A stretch of DNA of 36,754 nt from Candidatus Poribacteria bacterium (GTDB lineage: Bacteria; Poribacteria; WGA-4E; UBA9662). Shown piece by piece: positions 10,090 to 18,749 of this stretch; position 1 is the stretch's first letter, and the number at the start of each line of letters is the position of its first letter. Under the pieces are notes generated by a model that ran no database searches, was not told the DNA's origin, and saw only the letters and a program-made list of their open reading frames with translations. A program made the position numbers and the translations under genes. The stretch is from NCBI GenBank assembly GCA_046582655.1, contig JAYGDX010000375.1, positions 1-36,754 of the forward strand, in the 5' to 3' direction.

Positions 10090-11028
10090 ATGCCTCAACG
10101 ACTTGTTTATTTCAATGGAGAGTTTATTCCTGAAAGTGAAGCGCGAATCTCCATTTTCGATTGTGCGGTGATGTTCGGCGACATGGTTTTTGAGATGACG
10201 CGATCCTTCAACCAGGAACCGTATCGCCTGCGCCAACATCTGGATCGACTCTACGGGTCGATGCGCTACGTGGAAATCGATTGTGGGTTAACGATTGACC
10301 AGATGGAAGATGTAACTCATCAAACGATTCAGGCCAATCTGCCTGCCTTGGACAATCTCGACTTTCAAATCATGCATGATGTCACTCGCGGTGGACTGTC
10401 GCTCTATGAAAACATCATCAGAGAAGGAACAGCTCCCATTGTTTCGATCAACATCTTTCCTCTTGTTCGTCACATCGGTAGTCTGGCCAGCCAATATCAG
10501 ACAGGGTCGCATTTTGTTGTTACACCACAGCAATCAGTGCCTTCCCGCTATATTGATCCGAAGGCCAAGAACAGAAGTCGAATTTTCTATAAAATTGCTG
10601 ATCTTCAAGCTAACCGAATGGAAGAAGGTGCCATGGCCCTTTTGACTGATGAACATGGATTCATTACCGAAGGAACAGGCAACAATTTCTTTATGGTTCG
10701 AGACGGAGAGGTCTTCACACCCAAACCCCATAATATTCTGAGAGGTGTCTCGCGGCAGGCTTGCTTGGAACTGTTGGTCAAAGAAAATATACCTGTTCAT
10801 CAGGCCAACATTGAACCTTATGATGTGCGTTCAGCTGATGAGGCTTGGTGGAGTAGCACCACCATCTGTATGATGCCCGTCACACAATTTAACTTTCAGC
10901 CTGTTGGCGATGGCAAGCCAGGACCTGTTTATCACAGAATTATCGAAGCTTGGTCGGCAGAGGTGGGTATCAATATTCCTGCCCAGGCGGAAAGATATGC
11001 CGAGTTGGCGAAAACATGGGTGCCGTGA
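10090..11028 (+). CDS. PLP-dependent aminotransferase class IV (BCAT/D-amino acid aminotransferase-like); start ATG 10090
   Basis: VYFNGEF, FGDMVFE, HLDRL, DPKAK (catalytic Lys), ITEGTGNNFF, ILRGVSR; AGAGGA RBS before 10090. Confidence 0.88.
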   Translation: MPQRLVYFNGEFIPESEARISIFDCAVMFGDMVFEMTRSFNQEPYRLRQHLDRLYGSMRYVEIDCGLTIDQMEDVTHQTIQANLPALDNLDFQIMHDVTRGGLSLYENIIREGTAPIVSINIFPLVRHIGSLASQYQTGSHFVVTPQQSVPSRYIDPKAKNRSRIFYKIADLQANRMEEGAMALLTDEHGFITEGTGNNFFMVRDGEVFTPKPHNILRGVSRQACLELLVKENIPVHQANIEPYDVRSADEAWWSSTTICMMPVTQFNFQPVGDGKPGPVYHRIIEAWSAEVGINIPAQAERYAELAKTWVP

Positions 11029-11083
11029 GGAAATGACAATATCATGCCAACTATGAGGTTGGCAAAAAACAGGAGGAATATCA

Positions 11084-12085
11084 GTGGAATATCGGAGTCT
11101 CGGTCGAACCGGAACTAAGGTCAGCATGTTGTGTTTGGGATGCTTAATGTTTGGTGGTAAAACCGACGAGTCAGATTCGATGGATATTATTGACCGAGCT
11201 ATCGACGCCGGCATCAATTTTTTGGACACGGCCAATACGTACGTTCGTGGCGTTAGCGAGGAGATGGTTGGCAAGGCACTTCAGCGTAACGGAAAACGCT
11301 CGCGTATTGTGCTGGCTACCAAGGTCCACTTCCGCATGGATGATGATGATCCCAATGCGCAAGGTAACAGCCGACGTCATATCATAGAACAGTGCGAGGC
11401 ATCTTTGCGACGGCTACAAACTGATTATATCGATCTCTATCAGATCCACCGACCCAGTTCAGAGGTGCCAATTGACGAAACACTTAGAGCCTTGGACAAT
11501 CTAATTCAGGCTGGCAAAGTCCGTTACATCGGGAGCAGTACCTTTGCCGCTTGGCAAATCATGGAATCGTTGTGGGTATCGAAAGAACTGGGGGTCAATC
11601 GTTTCATCTGTGAACAACCGCCATACCATTTGCTGGATCGACGTATCGAACGAGAATTGGTGCCGATGGCGCAAACCTATGGACTAGCGCTGATTCCTTG
11701 GTCCCCGATGGCGGGAGGATTCTTGACTGGAAAGTACCAGCGCAACCAAGAACACCCAGCAGATGCACGATACTCGAACGCAGACCAGAAATCAGATTTG
11801 TTTTCGGATACAGCTTATGATCTGTTGGAGACGGTAACCGCTATAGCTAGTGAGAAAGGATGTACGCCTGGTCAGTTGGCGTTGGCTTGGTGCGCACAGC
11901 AACCGGGAATTACCAGTCCTATTGTCGGCATTCGAACCATGGAACAGCTAGAGCAGAATCTGGGTGCAGTTGAGGTCGAGATTACTGATCAGGATCGGAC
12001 ACAAATTGATGAGACTTCGCTTCCCGGCCGGGTGATTGTTCCCTATTATCAGGCGGACTTCGGTCCGCATTCGTTTCGCTGGTAA
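11084..12085 (+). CDS. Aldo/keto reductase
   Basis: LGRTG.KVS.LCLG, GINFLDTANTY, ATK, DYIDLYQIH, GKVRYIG, PWSPMAGG; AGGAGG RBS, GTG start. Confidence 0.95.
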   Translation: MEYRSLGRTGTKVSMLCLGCLMFGGKTDESDSMDIIDRAIDAGINFLDTANTYVRGVSEEMVGKALQRNGKRSRIVLATKVHFRMDDDDPNAQGNSRRHIIEQCEASLRRLQTDYIDLYQIHRPSSEVPIDETLRALDNLIQAGKVRYIGSSTFAAWQIMESLWVSKELGVNRFICEQPPYHLLDRRIERELVPMAQTYGLALIPWSPMAGGFLTGKYQRNQEHPADARYSNADQKSDLFSDTAYDLLETVTAIASEKGCTPGQLALAWCAQQPGITSPIVGIRTMEQLEQNLGAVEVEITDQDRTQIDETSLPGRVIVPYYQADFGPHSFRW

Positions 12086-12096
12086 GGATCAGGGAA

Positions 12097-13569
12097 ATGT
12101 CTAGGCAAGACCGACCTAATGTATTAGTGATAATGACCGATCAGCAAAAAGCAACCGCCAGTCATCTTTACGGCAACACGTTTTGTCAGACGCCGTACAT
12201 GGAACGGTTGGCCCAAGAGGGTGTTCTGTTTGAACACGCTATTACGCCGCACCCGTTGTGTGCACCAGCTCGAGTCTCATTTTGGACCTCGCAGTTCCCC
12301 CATTCGCATGGTGCCAGACGAAATCAGACGTTGATGCCGTCCGATGCCATCCATGCCTTCCAAATCTGGAAAGAGGCGGATTATCAGATCGGCTTGATCG
12401 GCAAAAACCACTGTTTTGAAAGTTCGAATGACTTGGCCTTGTTCGATACCTGGTGCGAAATCTCGCATGGTGGATTGACCCCGAATCCTGCCTGCCGGGG
12501 GATGGAGTGGTTTCGTCCAATTGAAGGTGTCCATGCCGCCCATCAACTCCGACGGTCCATGAAGCCACAAAACCCACGTTTCAGTTACTCCGTGTCGGAT
12601 TACCCGTTAGAAGATTATTCCACCGGCCTGATAGCGGGCCAAACCGTCCGTTTCCTAGAACAACATCGGGATGACCCCTTTGCCCTGTGGGTCTCTTTTC
12701 CTGACCCACACGAACCATGGGTGGCACCGGAACAATATGCCGCCATGTTCCCACCGGAGAAGATAGATCTGCCGCCTTGGTCAGAGGATGAGTTTGATCA
12801 ACGCACCCCCGAACGCAACCGTGTTCTGTACCAGATGCTCAATGTGACAGAGGATGACCTGGACGATGTGTACGGTTTAATGGCCGTCTATTACGGAATG
12901 GTGCGTTTCATTGATGATGGACTCGGGCAGATCCTTGACGCTTTGGAAGCGCTTGATCTGAGGGGAAATACGATTGTCGTTTTTTGTTCGGATCACGGCG
13001 ATTTCATGGGTGAACACCGGATGCAGTGCAAAGGCGGCGTCTTCTACGATTGTCTGACGCGGGTACCGTTGATCGTTTCTTGTCCGGGTGAGATCGCCGC
13101 AGGTCTTAGGGACGACAGCATGGTGAACCTAATCGACATCGTACCCACGTTGTTGCGACTTCAGGGGATCAGGGTGCCACCAACTATGCAGGGACAGCCA
13201 CTTCCAACGGTTACCTCGACACCACCACGGGAAACAGCTTTTTCTGAGTATGGTGCCGGTGGGCCACCCTTTCGTCTATCAGATCTGGAACAGTTATCCC
13301 GACCATGGGGGAGACAGACATTGATGCAGTCTTTGCAATGGCGAGAAGCAGAAGGTCGTCGTAAAATGGTACGAACACGGGAGTGGAAATACGTGCACGA
13401 CCCCATGGGGGATCAGGACGAACTTTACAATTTGGTCAACGATCCATGGGAATTGAAGAACGTGGTTGACCTATCTCCAAACCAAGAAATTGTGGCTAAA
13501 CTTAGATTACGGTTGGCAGATTGGAGCGTGATGGTAGAGGACGCCAAGCCTGTACCATTGCCAAAATGA
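12097..13569 (+). CDS. Cys-type sulfatase (no signal peptide)
   Basis: RPNVLVIMTDQQ, CAPAR, GKNH, DPHEP, SDHGD. Confidence 0.93.
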   Translation: MSRQDRPNVLVIMTDQQKATASHLYGNTFCQTPYMERLAQEGVLFEHAITPHPLCAPARVSFWTSQFPHSHGARRNQTLMPSDAIHAFQIWKEADYQIGLIGKNHCFESSNDLALFDTWCEISHGGLTPNPACRGMEWFRPIEGVHAAHQLRRSMKPQNPRFSYSVSDYPLEDYSTGLIAGQTVRFLEQHRDDPFALWVSFPDPHEPWVAPEQYAAMFPPEKIDLPPWSEDEFDQRTPERNRVLYQMLNVTEDDLDDVYGLMAVYYGMVRFIDDGLGQILDALEALDLRGNTIVVFCSDHGDFMGEHRMQCKGGVFYDCLTRVPLIVSCPGEIAAGLRDDSMVNLIDIVPTLLRLQGIRVPPTMQGQPLPTVTSTPPRETAFSEYGAGGPPFRLSDLEQLSRPWGRQTLMQSLQWREAEGRRKMVRTREWKYVHDPMGDQDELYNLVNDPWELKNVVDLSPNQEIVAKLRLRLADWSVMVEDAKPVPLPK

Positions 13570-13606
13570 ATCCTCAACCAACAAAAAAACAAAGGAATTG
13601 GATCAA

Positions 13607-14440
13607 ATGCAACTTTCCTCTCAACAGCTTTCGTTTATGGATACTTTTGGGTATCTCCACCTGTCTGGATTACTGGACGATCGGATTGACCGTATTGTCG
13701 AGGAATTCGAACTTGTCTGGGCCAATCATGGCAGTGGGCATAGCGGACACACCCACGATGGAACCGCCCGTTCTTGTATCGTGCCATTCATTGATCAGAA
13801 CGAGTATCTTTCCAGTTTGATCGACGATCCACGGATCGATGGCATCTTTGTTAGCTTGCTGGGTGACGATTACAACTATCTTGGCAGTGACGGTAATTAC
13901 TACGTCGGTGATACAGGATGGCACTCAGATGGTGGCTGGCCGCGTCCGATTGTCTACTATAAACTAGCACTTTATCTCGATGTGTTGGCACAGGATACCG
14001 GTGCCATTCGAGTTATTCCCGGTAGTCACAAGTACGGTGATCAATACGCTGAATCGTTGCAGGAGCATATCAGAAACTCGGATCAGAATTGGGGTGTTTC
14101 GGGCAGTCGAGTACCGGCTATGGCAGTCGAAACCACGCCAGGTGATGTGATTGTGTTTCACCAAGGTACCAAACACAGCAGTTGGGGGGGTGGTAATCAC
14201 AGACGTATGTTCACTATCAATTGCTCGCCACGGCACACTGAAGATCAACTTCCGATATTGCGAGACGAAATTAGTGCCTTCGCTCGCTTCTGGGTCGATT
14301 CGGTTTACGGTGAAGCCATGTTGCAAAATGCGTCCCCGCAACGAATGCGTCATCTGGAACAGGCGCTGGCCAATCAGGATCACTTAGCTGAAATCTCCCG
14401 TCAATCACGTCAGGAAATGGTTGAACCATCGAGAGGTTAA
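13607..14440 (+). CDS. Phytanoyl-CoA dioxygenase (PhyH) family protein, intact; start likely ATG 13607
   Basis: FMDTFGYL, GWHSD (HxD), GAIRVIPGSH, PGDVIVFH..TKH, RRMF. Confidence 0.9.
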   Translation: MQLSSQQLSFMDTFGYLHLSGLLDDRIDRIVEEFELVWANHGSGHSGHTHDGTARSCIVPFIDQNEYLSSLIDDPRIDGIFVSLLGDDYNYLGSDGNYYVGDTGWHSDGGWPRPIVYYKLALYLDVLAQDTGAIRVIPGSHKYGDQYAESLQEHIRNSDQNWGVSGSRVPAMAVETTPGDVIVFHQGTKHSSWGGGNHRRMFTINCSPRHTEDQLPILRDEISAFARFWVDSVYGEAMLQNASPQRMRHLEQALANQDHLAEISRQSRQEMVEPSRG

Positions 14441-14543
14441 TTGATAGGAACGGTGATACAGAGCGACTGTTTTGATGACGGCTATATGCTGGTGAGGAGA
14501 ATGATAGATCCCGTCGCTCTACTCCCTTTTGCTGTTGTCCTAG

Positions 14544-14760
14544 TCCCAACATTTTTGCCAAAATGCTGTGATTATCTAACTTGATGGGACAAAAGTTACA
14601 CCGCAGTTTCCTAAGATAACTGTAGTGATATAGTGCCAACAAGCAAGTGTACCAAGCAAACCTGCATAAACTGTGCGTCCGTGGGTGCGCGTGTCGACAA
14701 AACCGGGGTAACAATGACGCCTTCTGTACCTATTGTTTCTCTGGCAGGCGTATCTACTCG
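14544..14760 (-). pseudogene. Fragment of an N-acyl-D-amino-acid deacylase (D-aminoacylase) family amidohydrolase
   Basis: Manual translation across frameshifts: RVDTPARETIGTEGVIVT / PGFVDTRTH / DAQF / LGTLACWHYITTVILGNCGVTFVP / IKLDNHSILAKML, matching the family pattern PGF.D.HTH.DAQ...WHG.TTV..GNCG..FAP. Confidence 0.72.
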
Positions 14761-15227
14761 ACCCTGACCAGCAAATGCGCCATCCCTCAGATGATTGAGG
14801 CGGGAGGTGGCTCCATTATTAATGTTTCTTCTGTGGTTGCCCTCGGGCGGGTTGGAGAACCAACATTTCCTATGCCGCGGCCAAAGGTGGCGTTAACGCG
14901 ACCACCAGAAATATGGTTGTTCACCACGGACGGGATAATATTCGTGTTAACGCTATTACGCTGGGACACATTTACGCTTTACTGGTAGATCATATCTCGG
15001 ATGAGGCACGTAACTTGTGTCGTCGAGCAGGGCCTTTAGACACAGAAGGTTCTGCTTGGGATGTGGCTTGGGTAGCACTGTTTTTAGCTAGCAATGAATC
15101 GCGTTGGATTTCAGGTGTCGTTCTGCCAGTTGATGCCGGAACATTAGTAGCCTCACCTCTTTCGATTTTGCCTCATCAGCAACAAGAAAATCAGGAAGGT
15201 GATCTGTGTGAAAATACTAGCGGCTAA
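14761..15227 (+). pseudogene. C-terminal half of an SDR family oxidoreductase, 5'-truncated and frameshifted
   Basis: AIPQMIEAGGGSIINVSS, frameshift at ~14855, then SYAAAKGG (YxxxK, 14871), NIRVNAI, VALFLASNESRWISGVVLPVDAG; the TGxxxGIG N-terminus is absent. Confidence 0.85.
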
Positions 15228-16138
15228 CCAAAATTCGCAAAAATTACCGATATGGGGGATGATAGCTATAAACGAGCAAGTAGAATTTGTTACCATGAAC
15301 GATCGAGAGAAGTACCTCTTCGATCTTTAAGGTTTTTTGGTGGTCAGGGATTTTCTCTCAAATACTGAGGTTTCCGTCCTCAACCAGGCCATTGATGCCA
15401 ATCCAGATAAACGCTTTGAACATCCAAGGGCAGATTTGGATGGAACGCCACTCGACGGTGAGTTTGGACCTTTCTGGCATTACGATGGCATGCTAACTTG
15501 GCCAGATCCCTGGTGTCAGCCTTTCCGCCATCTACTTGCGCATCCCAAGGTTATTCCATACCTCAACACCTTGCTGGGTCGAGGCTGGAAACTGGATCAT
15601 TCCGTTGATATTCTTACTGCCACAACCGGATGTCAAGGAATGGGCATTCATGGCTCGGGCAACGTCACATTCAATGGTTCTCGCTTCTACGCTTACCAGA
15701 ACAATAGGATGCGATGTGGGTTAATCGTCTGTGAATACTACCTGACTGACGTCAATCCTGGTGATGGTGGGTTATGTGTAATTCCTGGCAGCCACAAAGC
15801 CAATTTCCCCTGTCCTGACGACATTCAGATGTGGGAAACCAACCAGGAGATTGTCTTCAGCATTTCGGCCAAGGCAGGAGATTTGGTCATCTTCAACGAA
15901 GCGAAGCCATGGTGTTCTGCCTTGGCGTGCAGCGCACGAGAGACGTGTGGCATTCTACCGTTATACACCGAAGTACCTTCACTATGCCGGTGGAGTGTAC
16001 CAGATGCAGATGCCGGAATGGGTTTCCGAATTGACCGAAGCCCAGCAAGCGGTGTTGGAACCCCCGTATATCTACAATCGCCCGTTGATCGAAACCGACG
16101 GCGAAACTTTGGTACGGCCCCGACGAGAAGGGGAATGA
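15208..16138 (+). pseudogene. PhyH family pseudogene, paralogue of 2835-4491
   Basis: GTG 15208 after an AGGAAGGT RBS (alternative ATG 15259 or 15295), EKYLFDL*GFLVVR with TAA at 15328-15330, frameshift at ~15904 restoring SHGVLPW..HERR..YRYTPK, stop at 16138. Confidence 0.85.
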
Positions 16139-16195
16139 GACAGCGCATACTCGAGAACATATGACTGGTGCTAGCGTTAAGGAGCTGTTTCAGAT

Positions 16196-18409
16196 TTACG
16201 TCGTGGACAGGAATCGATTCAGCACGTTACTCAGCAAGCGTGAGATGTTATTCTCGAAATTGTTCCATGGCAGGCTACCGCAGAAGGTGATGGAACCAGT
16301 AGAAAACACGGCACCTCCTTGGGGGGTCTGAAAATAAACCATGTCTGCCCGAATTAGCTTCTCCTCTTCTTCCCCCGGCCAATTGGTGATATGTGTCAAT
16401 AGCTCTTCAGGTACCAAGACAAAGCTTGACTGATGATTTTCGGACCGAGCAACAACCCAGACATCATCAGGTGTACCTAAGCGTGTGTCCGCACGGTCGA
16501 GTTCGAAACCAGCGGCACCACCTCCGCTGAGCCCAAAATCACCCAGTATCTCATCTTCGATACCGTCGAAGAGCCAAGAAACTTGCGGGTCTTTCGATTC
16601 GGGGGTTCGGCGGTAATAGGATCCTTCGAATTTCCCCTGGGCGGAAAAACCGATTCCCACCAGTTTCTGCGGGGGCCGACCGTTTCGCCTCCACAAGCCT
16701 CCGTAAGCGCCATCAAAGGCATGGTAGTATTCGCCTGGCTCTGCCGCCCAAGCTCGAATCCCGCTCTCGGCACGGCGAATCTCAATCATTCCCGGTGTTT
16801 GCGTCGAAAGTGCCACTCGCCAGTAGAAACCGTTGCCGCCCAGATAGATCAAACGACCACCTTGGTCTCGGTAGCCCTGTAAGGCGTTGAGGGTTTCCCG
16901 CGTGTGATATTCGGGATGAGATCCGGTACATACCACGGGATAGTCTCTGATACTGTCCAAACCTTCCTGATGCAGTTCTTGGTCGGTAATCAGATCGTAA
17001 TGGTATCCTTTAGTTTCAAGCCAAGCAATCAAATGAGAATCGGCCTGAAGGTGCCGCAATCCGGATCCCTCGCCTTCCCCAAACGTCAAATATCCTGGAC
17101 GCAAATTCATCAATGGCCGCTGGTGTGAGGCAAAGCAGATCCCGCTTCCATCGCTGTGGAAATTGTAGGTGGAAAGTCCATATTGCGGGTAGTCAACTGG
17201 ATTGTGCGGATAGGCTCCCCAATCCCGAATTCGATCCCGCCAACTATCCTGAAAATCCGGACGGGCATGGTTACCATATACGGTGTAGGTGTAGGTCGAA
17301 ATCAGAAGACACAGATTGGCAGTCCGTTTTCCTCGTGGAGGGAGCACAAAAAAAGGAATTTTGTCTTGGTGTTCTCCACACTCTAGCTTGACAGCATAGA
17401 TCCCGCTAGGTAAATCCTCAGGAACCGTGAATCGAAAATCGGTTTGCCATTTGAAGTCATAGATATCGTCGTCGTGAAAATGAATAGCTCCATATTCATC
17501 AGGCGCGTGTCGCCAACACATCTCACGGCCTGTCCAGTTGGAACCAGTCATGGCACGTGTTGGCATATTGATCAGTTCTCCGTGCAACCTATTGGGACCG
17601 ATGTCGATGATCCTGGAAGTTGGCATTTTCTGTGAAAAGTCCCAGTGTGCTACCCATCCCGGTGACGGGTTTCCATCGAAGGATTGTTTCATCTCATCCT
17701 CTGACAGAGCATGATTGAAAACTCCCGGTGCTTCAAGTTTTCCGTTGAAATGTTCCTTTGCTTTGTTGCCTGCCTGAGCAGCGATACCCAGGCAACAATC
17801 TGCGCTAGCCGGTTGAAAAGAGTAATTGTCTCGTCGGGCGACTGTGTTTCCTCCTTTCTGGCTGGTAGTGATGATCGATTGTCCTGCTTGTAGCATCCCA
17901 GAACTGGAATCAAAACTCATCCATACTTGGTACCAGTTTCTTTCTTTCAAGCTTGTATTCAGGCAGAGTTGATTCAATCGTTGTCCGTCCCCTACCATGG
18001 CAGTCAGTTGACCTTCCTGATTAATTTTAAGGGCAAATCCACATTTTTCATCTTCATTCAGGCTGGAGATGATGACCTGTTGTCCCTTCAGAGGCGTCGT
18101 CGGCCAGATTTTTGCATAAACAGTGAAGCTTACCAACTGGTTCAGCGGTGTTGGGTTTGAAACTAAGCCGTAGGATCCGGGGAAAAATTCCTGCTTCCGA
18201 GAAGGATATTCCTCGGCGAAATTCCCGTTGATGTCCTGCTCGATTGTTCCCGGCCCCTTCGAGTTCGGATCAGCACAAATGATCCGTATGAGACTAGCGC
18301 AATACGGTTGGTCGAGACTGCAACTGATTTTGAATTCCAGTGATTCACCGGGCCGAACTGAGAGCTGGTCGGTGTAACCGATCAATGGTATGTTTTTTTC
18401 TTTGTTCAT
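16196..18409 (-). CDS. N,N-dimethylformamidase large (beta) subunit family protein with LamG-like insert
   Basis: GYTDQLSVRPGE, HFNGKLEAP, YGAIHFHDDD, TYTVYGNH, GLSTYNFHSDGSG, GSHPEYH, YLGGNGFYW, GGAAGFELD, GAVFSTGSI. Confidence 0.88.
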   Translation of the reverse strand: MNKEKNIPLIGYTDQLSVRPGESLEFKISCSLDQPYCASLIRIICADPNSKGPGTIEQDINGNFAEEYPSRKQEFFPGSYGLVSNPTPLNQLVSFTVYAKIWPTTPLKGQQVIISSLNEDEKCGFALKINQEGQLTAMVGDGQRLNQLCLNTSLKERNWYQVWMSFDSSSGMLQAGQSIITTSQKGGNTVARRDNYSFQPASADCCLGIAAQAGNKAKEHFNGKLEAPGVFNHALSEDEMKQSFDGNPSPGWVAHWDFSQKMPTSRIIDIGPNRLHGELINMPTRAMTGSNWTGREMCWRHAPDEYGAIHFHDDDIYDFKWQTDFRFTVPEDLPSGIYAVKLECGEHQDKIPFFVLPPRGKRTANLCLLISTYTYTVYGNHARPDFQDSWRDRIRDWGAYPHNPVDYPQYGLSTYNFHSDGSGICFASHQRPLMNLRPGYLTFGEGEGSGLRHLQADSHLIAWLETKGYHYDLITDQELHQEGLDSIRDYPVVCTGSHPEYHTRETLNALQGYRDQGGRLIYLGGNGFYWRVALSTQTPGMIEIRRAESGIRAWAAEPGEYYHAFDGAYGGLWRRNGRPPQKLVGIGFSAQGKFEGSYYRRTPESKDPQVSWLFDGIEDEILGDFGLSGGGAAGFELDRADTRLGTPDDVWVVARSENHQSSFVLVPEELLTHITNWPGEEEEKLIRADMVYFQTPQGGAVFSTGSITFCGSLPWNNFENNISRLLSNVLNRFLSTT

Positions 18410-18749
18410 TAGATCCCTCTTTCAGAGTTAATCGCTTCAGAATTATCATCTTCTGGATGATATGAGTGCATCCCAATTATAGTCGACAGGGTTAAAATCT
18501 CCAAAAGTGAGAATCAGCTTGTTCTAGAAAGCTAAAAGAAATGACTATTAGTAGATGATGAACGAAAGTGAATTAAAGCACCATTTACTACCTCATCTGG
18601 GGCCTTTTATCTCAAGTATTCCTTAGACGGTTTTTGGGTTTCATTGTCAACTCTCTAACCTCCTCGCAGCAATTTTTTATGTCTGTTGTAATTTTCTTCC
18701 ACCTTTGATATGCTGAACTTATGGCATTTTTCAATTAAAGGAGCGGGTT

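Noticed and set aside
3030..15330. In-frame TAA/TAG inside PhyH genes as stop-codon reassignment or programmed readthrough
   Set aside because: TAA and TAG terminate many intact genes here, and the same loci also carry frameshifts, so decay is the simpler explanation.
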